Shown here piece by piece: positions 24,214 through 36,311 of a DNA stretch of 64,000 nucleotides. Under the pieces are notes generated by a model that worked only from the letters and a program-made list of their open reading frames with translations, made no database searches and was not told where the DNA came from. This stretch comes from Octopus bimaculoides (lineage: Eukaryota): NCBI RefSeq assembly GCF_001194135.2, contig NC_068983.1:58713128-58777127 (forward strand), in the 5' to 3' direction. A program made the position numbers and the translations under genes. How positions within the stretch are numbered: the first letter of the stretch is position 1; every line of letters begins with the position of its first letter.

Positions 24214-24577
24214 TTATTACCTCTGCCTAAGAAAAGGTGGAGGTATTGTTTCAGTTACATTTGTTTGTTTGTTTGACTGTGTACAAGATAGCTCAAGAAC
24301 CGCTGGATGGATTGGAATAAAATTTTCAGGGATGTCTGGCCTCATGATTGGTACAAACTGATTAGAATTTGGGATCGATCCAGTACTGGACAAGGATTCT
24401 GGATTATTTTCCTATTTCTTTACTTAATTTTTGAGAGCAGTTGGATTCATTTTTAGTATTCTCACTTGTGAGTGCATTCAAGTATTTCAGATATTCACAT
24501 TTTAAAAATCATCTCTGGTTAATCATTGAGAGGACATTGGTGTTGCCTTGGCAGAGGTTTGTGTTCTGTAAGTGTTC

Positions 24578-24582
<5 letters not shown>
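24214..24582 (+). mobile_element. Helentron-associated non-autonomous element (HINE/DINE-1-like), copy 2
   Basis: 5' subterminal ACCTCTGCCTAAG (24219-31), which also pairs with the adjacent AGGTGGAGGT. Then (TTTG)n, 3' inverted CCTTGGCAGAGGT (24546-58), a degenerate terminal hairpin, and T-rich flanks. Confidence 0.7.
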
Positions 24583-24630
<48 letters not shown>

Positions 24631-24654
24631 ATTATTATTATTACTAAAGCTAAT

Positions 24655-24875
24655 ACAGCCAGCTGGTAGAATCGTAACTGCAACAGATAAAATATTTAGA
24701 ATTTCTTCTAGCTTTACATTTTGAATTCAAATGTCACCAGGGTTGACTTCGCTTTTCATTCTTTTGGGGTTGCTGAAATAAGTACCAGCTGAGCAATAAG
24801 ATCAAAATAATCAACAAGCCCCTTAGGATCAAGTTTTGGTCCTTGCATTTATAGTGTTAAAGGATTATTATTATT
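24655..24875 (+). mobile_element. SINE-C, degenerate
   Basis: CAGCTGGTAGAATCG..TTTCATTCTTTTGGGGT..AATAAGTACCAG..GGTCCTTG. Confidence 0.65.
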
Positions 24876-24889
24876 AAAGCTGTTACATG

Positions 24890-25470
24890 TTATTTTATTT
24901 GGAACGGACGTTTTCTTGAGGTTTGGTGACAACAAGTCTTTTCAAATCTCAAGAAACTTTCTTAAGATTCATACAAGATACAAGAGGGTATTTTTCTAAA
25001 AGCTGACAATACAAATCTCGATTCCAATATCCTCTAATTTCTTCAATAACAGTTTGGGTTAAGTGAAACTATCAAAGGAACAAATATCACCTTTGCCTTC
25101 TAAAATCTCTTCATCTATTCGTCAGTTTTGTCAATTCATTTCGTATCCACTTTACTGTTATATGGTATTGCCCATGTCTACGATCTGACTTTTTTTTTTG
25201 TTTTCTATCATCAGTTCTGGTTTTCTTGCTTCTATAGCACGGTCAGTCATTATGGAGAAATCCAATAATATCGCCTAATTATTATCTCCCATCATAGCCT
25301 TTGGCTTGTGCTCATGCCACTTTTCTGTTACTTTAAATCCAAAGAAATAACTAATATCTCAATGCACTCCTATGCCAGTTCTTATACTCTTTTTGTGCTA
25401 GCTTACTGCATTCAATACTTTAGTATCCTTTTCCAAAAGATTCCGCTTTTGCTTTCTGATGGCGTTTTAT
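24890..25470 (-). mobile_element. Decayed R4/Dong-like RLE LINE fragment
   Basis: CSKLAQKEYK.., LLDFSIMTDRAIEARKPELMI.., IVDMAIPY, with frameshifts. Confidence 0.65.
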
Positions 25471-25499
25471 CAATCCTTATCATCATCATCATCATCATC

Positions 25500-25578
<79 letters not shown>

Positions 25579-26030
25579 TGTATTTGTTCGGCAGTAGTGT
25601 TTGTAATATAATACATCTGCTTTCTTCACAGATCATCAAGCTACTTCTCGTATGCTTTCCATCATGTTATTAATATGTAGTTAACTGTTACACTTATCAT
25701 AGAAAGCTATTTGGTCATTTTTTTCAAACACTGTACCAAGTGATCCTGTAATCACTGACCATTACCTTTCTGCAGTTCCAAAGCCTTTTTCGTTCTCACT
25801 TTAGATGACAGTATTTTAACCAATCATCATAGTTTCGTTTCCCTTCTCCTTTGCATCAAAAGGGCAGGCTAGGATACTTGCTGAAATCTAGAAAACTCCT
25901 GTATATTTTTCCCATTCCACTTAGAGTTTGAATTTGCAGATATCAGCTGTTTGCTTTCTTTGCCTGCAAACCCAATGATATGTATGTAATTTTTCTGTAT
26001 GTATGTATGTATATATATATATATATATAT

Positions 26031-26077
<47 letters not shown>

Positions 26078-27437
26078 ATATGCATAAATGCATGTATTTT
26101 TATTAATGCATGGATAGATGCACTGGTGAATGCATTTATGGATGGATGGATGCGTGTATGTATCTATGTATACATCGAATTGTGATTTATCTATACATAT
26201 ATATGCAAGTATGTATATGTTCATGAAAGTGTTTTATGCATACATGTGTCTATACATGAATCTATTACTTTATATATGTAAGAATGTATGCATACATACA
26301 TGAATATATGCATGTATACATGCTTGTATATATATTTCTATTTTGTGGTCTGTGTTCTGCTTCAGTGTTTTGTATATGTATGTAAATGAATAAAATATAT
26401 TGTATTATGTGCATTTGTGTGTGTTGTATATGTAAGACTATCATTATATGGGCGTGTTTCATTGTATGCATATATGTGTTAATGTGTATGTTATTCCTTT
26501 AATGTGTTTGTGTTCAAGGCAGACACTTTCGTTTTAACACATGCATACAGGTATTATTTACATCCAAACACTAATGTAACAGCATTCACATATGACCTGA
26601 TACAACATCTTCATGTTGTTTTATTATATTTATTCAAATGTATACATGACATACCAGAATTACGATAAGACTTTCTGTCATGACTTCCATCTTGTTTATG
26701 CATTTTCCCTTTACCAAATCAATCACTCCATATACTTCCCTATGCAATGCTATCTGTTTTTACCTCCTTCTAAGACAGTGAACAAGATTTAGCAGAAGAG
26801 TTCCACATAGTAATTTCCTATATAATAGCAGCAAAATAAGCAGAGAAATTAGGCAGTTTCACTTTCCAAAGAAATCAGTAGTTTTTCTTTTTCTTTTCTT
26901 TTTTTTCTCCATATTTTAGCATGCTAAATGGAAAAGTCAAAGCAAACCAAGTTAAATAGGGAGTTTGAATAGCTGCCAAAGAGTTAACAGTTTGTAAATT
27001 ATTGCCAGTGCTGCAATATGTTCATAGCCAAGACATTTGGCACCGTAACGACACAGTCCACCTTACTGAAATTAGCTACTATACAATATACAACATACTG
27101 CTGTAAACAGTGGATGCACTCTAAATTTGATGTGTGCTTTTATGACTAACATTGCTTGATTCAGTTTGAGAGAAGAATATATCTTGAAAAGAGAAATACT
27201 CACCCAAGCTGGTTTGCTAAAGATTAAAATTCATTGAAGATGATGTTCGTAGTTGTTCGTAGATTTTGAACAGATTTAGAGGGTATTTATGCCTACTAAT
27301 TACGTGGATAATGAATGATTGAAGGGAAAATGTCAGTGTCTACTTCGACATGATTTTTCTATGGTTAGATACCCTAATGCTAACCACTTTACTGGGTGTG
27401 CTACGTGTTTTATATTAGACGTATTGTATATATGAGT

Positions 27438-27824
27438 GGAGGTGCAATGGCCCAGTGGTTAGGGCAGCGGACTCGCGGTCATAGGATCGCGGTTTCGATT
27501 CCCAGACCTGACGTTGTGAGTGTTTATTCAGCGAAAACACCTAAAAGCTCCACGAGGCTCCGGCAGGGGATGGTGGCGAACCCTGCTGTACTCTTTCACC
27601 ACAACTTTCTCTCACTCTTAACTTCCTGTTTCTGTTGTGCCTGTAATTCAAAAGGCCAGCCTTGTCACACTGTGTCACGCTGAATATCTCCGAGAACTAC
27701 GTTAAGGGTACACGTGTCTGTGGAGTGCTCAGCCACCTGCACGTTAATTTCACGAGCAGGCTGTTCTGTTGGTTGGATCAACTGGAACCCTCGACGTCAT
27801 AAGCGACGGAGTGCCAACAACAAC
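27438..27824 (+). mobile_element. SINE-B, full length with perfect 14-bp TSD
   Basis: A box TGGCCCAGTGG, B box GGTTTCGATTCCC, (CAA)n tail. ATTGTATATATGAG at 27423-27436 and 27825-27838. Confidence 0.95.
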
Positions 27825-28459
27825 ATTGTATATATGAGACCGTCCAGCATTTTCTATTTAATGTGTCCCCCCTGACACAACATCAACACTGTTTTATCTC
27901 TTTTACCAAGTTTAACCCTGTTATTCTTACCCACTCGTTTTATAGAAACGATGTAGCTCCTCAACAGAAAGAAACTGTTCCAGATCCTTTTTTCTTGCAG
28001 TAATGTTGCATCTCCCAGCATAAAACCGCATCCTTCTCTGTTCATAGGTGATATTAGCCTTGCAAGCTGCATGGCAACCTCATTAATGCTGGTGCCATGA
28101 ATAAAAGACCCAGTACATACTGCAAAGTGGCTGATTTTAGAAGAGGCATCCACATGTGCTGGTACGCCCGGGCATATTAACTCCTGATTTTACATGCCAT
28201 GAGTATATAAGACACTGGACTGGCTAACTGACACACCTTCCTTCCAAGCGAATACATGGTGTTGATAACATCGAAGTCCATCACTCCCAAATGGGATTGA
28301 GGGTGAGTTATCTCACCTGTCCATCACTCTAAGGTGCTTTAACACCAGCGACATGAGAATTATATACTCTGCTACGCCATTGCAGCCACCAGAAAATACA
28401 CAAAGCAAATACATTAGTATATATACTTAACAATTTTATTATACTAGAGCTGTTTTTAC

Positions 28460-28502
<43 letters not shown>

Positions 28503-28505
<3 letters not shown>

Positions 28506-29432
28506 AAAATTCCCAGACTAGTTGTGTAGCAAGCCAACAGGTGGCAGCATGCGGTTGCATGTGCGGTGAGAGCTAGCAATGATCTTCATGAAATAGTGTG
28601 CCAAGTGACATCACTGCGTTTACTTTACAAGTTGTGAAGTTCGTGTTTTTATGATCATGTGTATGCTGTAGTCAGCAATTTTGTCATGAACAAAAGAACA
28701 TCGGTTCAAAGTCCATCGAGATCTCCGTCAGTGTGTTGCTCATGACTCATCCTTCATGTCGGATATCATCACAGATGACGAGAGTTGGGTCAACAGGTAT
28801 GACTTTGTGATGAAGCAGCAGTGTTGTCATAATGGAAGAGGCCTTTGTCTCCACGACCGAAGAAGGCATGACAGAGCTGCAGCTCAATGAAGAGCATGCT
28901 TATCATTTTTTTTTTGTTCACATCTGCGGTATTGTGCATCAAGAGCATTCATCCCCCAAAGCCAGAACATCAACTGAGAGTTCTACTGCAAAATTTTGAA
29001 GCGTTTGAGGGAGGACATTCGGTGAAAATGACCGGATCTGTGGAATTGGATTCTTGATGACAAATCACTCTGTCATCAAACTCTCCTTACTTATGACTTT
29101 CTCACCAGAAGCAACATTGTATTGCTTCTGTACCCACCCTATTCACAAGATTTAGCACCAGCAGACGACTTCCATCTCTTCCCCAAGATGAAAATACACA
29201 TCAGAGGTCGCCATTTTAACACCACTGTCAAGATCCAGAGTGAATCACAGAAAGTCATCGACTCGCTTGCAGAAAATGACTTCCAGACCGGATTCCAAAA
29301 GTGGCAGAAACACTGGAACCGGTGTATTGCTGTGCAAGGTGACTATTTCAAAGGAAATGATGTTAAAACTTAGGTAAATAAGTTATTTTTTATTAAACAT
29401 AACTAGTTCAGGAACTGTTTGATACCACCTCA
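28503..29432 (+). mobile_element. Mariner transposon relic (internally deleted pseudogene)
   Basis: IITDDESWV, PRPKKA, YSQDLAPADDFHLFPKMK, WQKHWNRCIAVQGDYFKG. The right TIR ends ..ACTAGTTCAGGAACTGTTTGATACCACCTCA-TA; the left TIR is partial. Confidence 0.9.
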
Positions 29433-31119
29433 TATATATAATTCTTAAACAAGACTATCATTAACAATGACTTTGAGATTTTGGCCAGTTAGTTCATCAT
29501 TGGACAGCAGTTTGATGATACCTTAACAGGCTGAAACTTCGAAGTCACTACCATTAATATGCTACTTTAAGAATAATAAATTTGTACTCTCTAAAAGTAT
29601 AGAATAATCCATCAAATTAATGCAAAATTGTTTTTATTATAACTGAACAAAAAACAAACATTAACACACACACACACATGCTTATATGGTGGTCTTCTTT
29701 CAGTTTTTATCTACTTAGTCCATTCACAAGGTTTCTTTCAGGTTTATAATAGATGATACTTTCCCAAAGTATCATAAAGTGGGACTGAACCTAAAACCAA
29801 GTATTTGAGAAACAAACTTGTTAACCGCCCAGCCATGCCACAATCAAATCATACATGCAATCTCCCATAAAAATTTGTACAGCAATTCAGGGCAGAAAAA
29901 TATCGTTAAAATTTGATTTTTTTAAAGATTAATTTAAATTTGACAATTTTAATTTAATTATTTATTTTTTTGTAAATTTGACTTTAATTTAATGCCTGCC
30001 TTTTAGTCCATTAAGTCTTCAGCGTGGAGAAGAACTGTTCAGGTGTTAAAGTGATGTGATAGTTAAATAGAATTGGTTCGGTTGATTGTTTTAAAGTCAT
30101 TACATTTTTGTGAATAAATGAACTGGAAAGAAGTTTACATTTAAAAATAAAAAATAAAAAAACTATATGTTGTTTACAGAGAATTACTGAATATAATGCT
30201 GTAGGGATTTCAATGATGCTGTCATCCTTGGGAAACATATAAATTATGGATCTAAAATATCACCTGAAAATTAATTCATTTCTCCATTATCAAAGAATGC
30301 AGCCTTTGTTCTTTACATGAAACAACAATCTGTACCGAATATTTTTTTGTCAATATTGTTATTTTGCTGTGAAGTTAAACAAATCATGATAGAGACAGAA
30401 ACAACATTATTAATCCCGTTAATGAACCTGGAAAATAATGATTCCTAATTCAGATCCACGGCCAGCAATTTTGAAGGACGACGTAAGTCGATATCATCAA
30501 CCTCAGTTCTTGATTGCTATTTTTATTTTATCGACTGTGAAAAGATAAAAAGGCATAGTTGCCATAGGCGGGATTTGAACTCAGAATATAAAGAGTTGGA
30601 ACAAAACATACTGCAAAACATCCTTTTAGTTTATTTATTTATTTATTTATTTTTGCTAATGTTTTAGTAATTCTGCCAGCTCTTGGATAATACAAAAATC
30701 AATTGGCATTGAAAAATGTTTTCTATTATCATTTTTCTAAAAGAATATATATCTTAATAATAGCTTCAAGTTTTGCCACAAGGGCACTGTAACTGTCCGG
30801 TGCTGCCATAAGGCACTGTAACTGCCCAGTGTTGCCCTCTATTGGATTCTCAGATGTGTTTCTAGCTCTTTAGCTGTTATCAATGTTTCAGATTTGTACA
30901 AATTATTTAAAAAAAACTGAAGACAGGGACAGGTGAGGGAACAACAAACAAGGTGTATTGGTTTAACACCCAGGAAAAATAGAAGAGTCTTTGATGCTTT
31001 GAGCATACACTCTTCAACAGGAAGGGATAAAAAGAGAAAGCAGACAGAGAGAGGGAAAAAAAACATGTGTCCACTTATAAAGATGTACATATGTAGGGAC
31101 AATACAATTAGTTTCTGCA

Positions 31120-32150
31120 AGATGATCTGACAGTGGACGATTGGAAAATCAAGAGAAACATTGTACTTTTGATAAGGGTTTAGTAAAGAGAGAGGCAAGC
31201 CTCACTGGACTTACTTCCCCACAATGCAATGCAAGAAGATAAGACCTTTTATTATTAAAAACTCACTGCTGCTCATCTATGGAGATTTATGGAGATGTTA
31301 CAAGTGAGTCATTAATATAAATTGGAAGGAATGTCTCCTATGTGTAATGTGTTTGAGTTGTAACATAATGTGTGTAATTAGCATTTTCTTTTAAAGACAG
31401 TTCATAGAAAGAATCCATTTTCAGTGATTTCTTGAGGAGGCATGAATAAAGAATATTCAGAAAGCAAATTTATAAAACGAAAACATTGAAATTTATTCAG
31501 TGGTGTAATGAGTGCTAGCAAGTGGTAACAAGGATTAGTCTTGCATCTGAATGGGAACTAAATATATGTGTATGAGAGACAGGAAAAATCGCATGACTTA
31601 ATATATACACTGAGGTTTATATGAAGCAGGGTAGAAGCAGATATTGATCAAATGAGTTGGTGGTGGACATAGAAAACGTGGCATGTTGAAGAGAGTGATG
31701 TTGCTTCCATGCCATCAAATCTGAAACTCTCAAGCTATTCCAAAAAGGCACACGATAATACTGGGCGGAAGTTGCTATTTGTATTATTACGCCTCCAGCT
31801 CTGATTGTTTGGCGTATGCCAAAGCACAACTGAACTAAGCCACAGCAACAAAATAGATCGTTCTTGTCTCGCTACAGAGAAAATTCAGTTCCATTTCCAT
31901 TTGACATTTATATTAATTGTACAATCTGGAAAAAAATTTTATGATGAAATTCTATCTTTGAAAACGTGTAAGCAATGCCTAAGTATAAGAAACATTAATG
32001 CTAAAGACCAATTTAGATGCAGATCAATTGTGATTTATGACCCACAGCAAATATAAACATCTGAAACAATAATGAAAGAATTCTTAGATACTGGTACCAG
32101 TAAATAAGAGACTAAGAAAAAAAATCTACCAAAGATTTGGACTGCTTTAC
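31120..32150 (+). repeat. Copy 1 of a local direct duplication (partner 35090-35535), interrupted by ~580 bp
   Basis: 31190-31295 matches 35155-35260 and 31875-32150 matches 35255-35535 by eye (for example the shared TTTCCATTTGACATTTATATTAATTGTACA). Confidence 0.85.
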
Positions 32151-32164
32151 ACGGCAAGCGAAAG

Positions 32165-32628
32165 CGAAATCGTGATGGCACCTGTACCAGTACATCCCTA
32201 AGAGCACCGTCTGAGCGTGATCATTGCCAAAGCACCAGCTATCTGGCTTCCGTGCCGGGGGCACGTAAATAGCACCATTTGAGCGTGATCGTTACCAACG
32301 TCACCTTCCTGGCACTTGTGCCAGTAACACGTGAAAAGACATTCGAGCGAGTTCGTTGCCAGTACCGCTGGACTGGCTCCTGTGTAGGTGGCACGTAAAA
32401 TACACCATTTCGAGTGTGGCCGTTGCCAGTACCTCCTGACTGGCCTTCGTGCCGGTGTCACGTAAAAGCACTCACTACACTCTCGGACTGGTCGGCGTTA
32501 GGAAGGGCATCCAGCTGTAGAAACTCTGCCAAATCAGATTGGAGCCTGGTGTAGCCATCTGGTTCACCAGTCCTCAGTCAAATCGTCCAACCCATGCTAG
32601 CATGGAAAGCGGACGGTAAACGATGATA
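32165..32628 (+). mobile_element. RTE LINE 3' UTR fragment with ~65-bp tandem units
   Basis: CACGT(A/G)AAA units at about 32261, 32328, 32391 and 32459, then the conserved 3' end and GATGAT. Confidence 0.9.
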
Positions 32629-32630
32629 CT

Positions 32631-32848
32631 TTTCTATTCTAGGCACAAGGCCTGAAATTTTTTTTTTTTTTGTGATGGGGTCAGTCAATTAGATCGACCG
32701 CAGTACACAACTGGTACTTAATTTATCGACTCTGAAATGATGAAAGGCAAAGTCAACCTCAGCAGAATTTGAACTCAGAACGTGTAGACAGACAAAATAG
32801 TGCTAAGCATTTTACCCAGAATGCTAACGTTTCTGCCAGCTCACCACT
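32631..32848 (-). mobile_element. SINE-C, full length
   Basis: Head GTGGTGAGCTGGCAGAAACGTTAGCA, B box GAGTTCAAATTC, central domain, tail GGCCTTGTGCCTAGAATAGAAA. Confidence 0.9.
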
Positions 32849-32939
32849 GTAACAAATTAACCTGTTTCAAGCCAGAAAATATCTTTCCTTTTGTTTATCC
32901 AATCAAAAATCTTTCTGATTTCTTTCAACTCTTTTATTT

Positions 32940-33305
32940 TGTATCTTTTACTTTTTTCAGTCATTAGGTTGCGGCCATGCTGGAGCACCGCCTTGAAGAA
33001 TTTGTTAGTACTTATTTTTTGTAGCCTAATACTTATTCTATTGGTCTCTTTCCCCCAGACTGCTAGGTTATGAGGACATAAAAGCTCTAACACTGGTTGT
33101 CAAGTGCTGTTGGAAGACACAGTCTCACACACACATATATGATACATACATACGACAGGCTTCTTTCAGTTTCTGTCTATCAAATCCACTCACAAGGCTT
33201 TGGATGGCTCGAGGCAATAGTAGAAGATACTTGCTCAAGGTGCCACACACTGGGATTGAACCCAGAACCCAGTGGTTGGAAAGCAAACTTCTTACCTCAC
33301 AGACA
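32940..33305 (-). mobile_element. SINE-A, moderately diverged
   Basis: Tail, body and head all recognisable. Confidence 0.8.
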
Positions 33306-33482
33306 TGTTTACACCTACATCAAAATATCATTCAAACTGATTTCTTTTTAATCTGCTACAACTTTTGAAATTATATCTACTTACTTAAATTCGTTGTTGC
33401 TTCAATCAAAATACTTCCTAACACAAATTTCAATACTTGACCAAATTCAGTACAGGTCCTAATTGGGTAGACAAAAATCGTA

Positions 33483-33886
33483 GGTGCAGGAGTGGCTGTG
33501 TAGTAAGTAACTTGCTTATCAACCACATGGTTCTGGGTTCAGTCCCACTGCGTGGCACCTTGGGCAGATATCTTCTACTATAGCCTCGGGCCAACCAAAG
33601 CCTTGAGAGTGGATTTGGTAGACAGAAACTGAAAGAAGCCCGTCGTATATATGTATATATATGTATGTGTGTGTGTGTGTATGTTTGTGTATCTGTGTTT
33701 GTCCCCCAACATCACTTGACAACCCATGCTGGTGTGGTCACGTTCCTGTAACTTAGCGGTTCGGCAAAACAGACTGATAGAATAAGTACTACGCTTATGA
33801 AGAATAAGTCCTAGTGTCGATTTCTTTGACTAAAGGTGGTGCTCCAGCATGGCCACAGTCAAATGACTGAAACAAGTAAAAGAGTA
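33483..33886 (+). mobile_element. SINE-A, full length
   Basis: Complete head, internal microsatellite, tail AAGTAAAAGAGTAA. Confidence 0.95.
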
Positions 33887-33894
33887 ATTCAAGA

Positions 33895-34220
33895 TCCAGC
33901 ATAGGGTCTGAACCCCAGCTTATCTACAATCTCATATTGGAACTTTGGGAAGAACTGAAAGTACACACATAATTAAGGGAGCGAAACTTGCTTAGGGGAT
34001 TCAAACCCAGGTTTTCAACAGGATGTTCAAAATGTTTTCATTGTCCATCATCAAAAAAAAAAAATTAGGGGGTGCACTTGCAACCTCTCACCCCCTGTTT
34101 CTAAGCCAATGAACACACTGGTGTAGAAACTCCAGGTACATCAAATGTATTTTGAATAATCCTGAGAGTCCTCAATTTTGGAACACATGAATCACCAATG
34201 ATACGATTTCAATTTGGGTG
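33895..34220. repeat. Left arm of a ~330-bp diverged inverted repeat (partner 36312-36640)
   Basis: The reverse complement aligns with 36312-36640 (for example GTGTTCCAAAA.TGAGGACTCT and AAAGTTCCAA.ATGAGATTGTA). Confidence 0.8.
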
Positions 34221-34230
34221 TTGTGTGTGT

Positions 34231-34608
34231 GTTGGGACTCCGTCGCTTACAACGACGAGGGTTCCAGTTGATCTGATCAATGAAACAGCCTGCTCGTGAA
34301 ATTAACGTGCAAGTGGCTGAGCACTCCACAGACACGTGTACCCTTAACGTAGTTCTCGTGGATATTCAGCGTGACACAGTGTGACAAGGCTGACCCTTTG
34401 AATTACAGGCACAACAGAAACAGGAAGTAAGAGTGAGAGAAAGTTGTGGTGGAAGAGTGCAGCAGGGTTCGCCACCATCCCCTGCTGTAACCTCGTTGAA
34501 CTTTAGGTGTTTTCGCTCAATAAACACTCACAACACCTGGTCTGGGAATCAAAACCACGATCCTATGACCGCGAGTCCCCTGCCCTAACCACTGAGCCAT
34601 TGCGCCTC
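34231..34608 (-). mobile_element. SINE-B, full length
   Basis: Reverse complement of 27438-27824. Confidence 0.93.
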
Positions 34609-35089
34609 GACACTGATTTCGGGTAACTCACAAGAAATCTTTGTTTCTGGAAGGAAACTTAAATAGAGGTGATTGATAAGTCAGCTGGCTGAATCAAAAA
34701 GTGTCCCGCTACTGGTTGTATTCTGAAGATGAAGCATGGCCAAATAGTTCAGAAATTTGCTTTTCAATCATGAGGGTCTGAATTCAATCCAGATTTGAAG
34801 TATCTTAGGAAAGAGAAATTTATCATAACTTCAGGTCAACCCAAGGCATGTTAGTGAAATATGGTAGATGGAAACTATACAGAAGCTCATTGAGTGGATT
34901 ACGCCAGTAATTCAAGAGTAAGCCCTTGTACTATGCTGGTTCTATCTGGTAATTCCAAGATACAACTGTCTGTGGAGTACTCAGCCTCTTAAATGCTGAA
35001 TAGAATATCAAGGAGTTCAGTTGATTAGACAACTGAATGCTTATTAAAACCACCAGAAACCAAAGCACTTGGTGGACCTGTCCACTTAG

Positions 35090-35535
35090 ACGTAACAGTA
35101 GGCAACAAGAAAATCGAAAGTAGCATCAAACCTTTCATATAGGTTTAATATGGAGATAGAAAGGCAATCCTCATTGAACGAACTTACATACAATGCACTG
35201 CAAGATAAGAGCCTTTATGTGCATAGAACCCACTTCTTATTTCTGTAGATTTATGGAGAAAATTCAGTTTTGTTTCCATTTGACATTTATATTAATTGTA
35301 CAGTCTGTTTGGAAAAATATTTATGATGAAATTCAATCTTCAAAAAACGTGTAAGCAATGCCTGTGTATAAGAAACATTAATGTTAAGACCAATTTCGAT
35401 ACAGATCAACTGAGATTTATGAGCCACAGCAAACATAAATGTCTGAAACAATAATGAGAGAATCATGGGATATTGGCACCAGTAAATGAGAGACTGAGAA
35501 AAAAAATCTACTCAAGACCTGGAGTGTTTTACAAT
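35090..35535 (+). repeat. Copy 2 of the local direct duplication
   Basis: See 31120-32150. Confidence 0.85.
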
Positions 35536-36311
35536 AAAATGATATATTGAAGCCATAAAACAAAATATCAAGTCGCTGGTCTATGAATTTTTACCCAGTG
35601 AGATTAATTAAACAGAATCACTTTACAACATCATTTATGTAGCTATGGTTCATTGACAATATAAACATCAGCTTCAATTATGCCAACGAAATTTCACACT
35701 GTCAGTACGCTGAGGTGTAAAACACTTCTAAAGCCTCATATAATGTGGTAGATGTTAAGGTAATTGTAGAAAACAAGAATAAATTAATACTTGCAGTTTC
35801 ATGATTGGCCTGCAATTCCCAGTTCAAATCCAACTGAAGGCAATTCGATATTTTATTATGTCTAGTGATTGATCATATAACTTAAATGCATTCAGATTTC
35901 TAAGCCTAATGTTTGGCAACCTATTTACATTGTATTTGATCGTGAAACGCTATCAAGTTTTAATAGTCACAGCTAACTCATATATATCTCATTTAATGTC
36001 ATTAAATGATATTTATTTTTCACTAGATGGAGGGCTTTTTGTTGATCTTACCTTAACGAAAGAGTAAACTACACACACACACATACACATATATGTGTGT
36101 ATGTGTGTGTGCGTGTGTGTATGTGTGCTTGTGTGTGTCTGTGCGTGTGTATATACAAAGTACATTCAAGAAGTTTTGAGACTCTTTTAGTTGAGAGAGT
36201 TGTAATTGTCCTAGATTATTATGATTTTAGTACATCAGCGAACTGATTAATCAGTCACCTCCAACAAAGTATACCTTTCAGAAACGGTGATTTGCTGTGG
36301 ATTATTTAGCT

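Noticed and set aside
26775-26809. 35-nt exon candidate (SEQDLAEEFHI)
   Set aside because: Good acceptor but weak donor, and too short to identify. Not supportable from sequence alone.
27438-27515. tRNA gene
   Set aside because: A and B boxes are present but there is no closed cloverleaf. It continues into a SINE body with a TSD. The same holds for all other SINE heads.
32190-32480. CRISPR-like repeat/spacer array
   Set aside because: The 'spacers' are homologous to each other, the array is part of a LINE 3' UTR, the context is eukaryotic and there are no cas genes.
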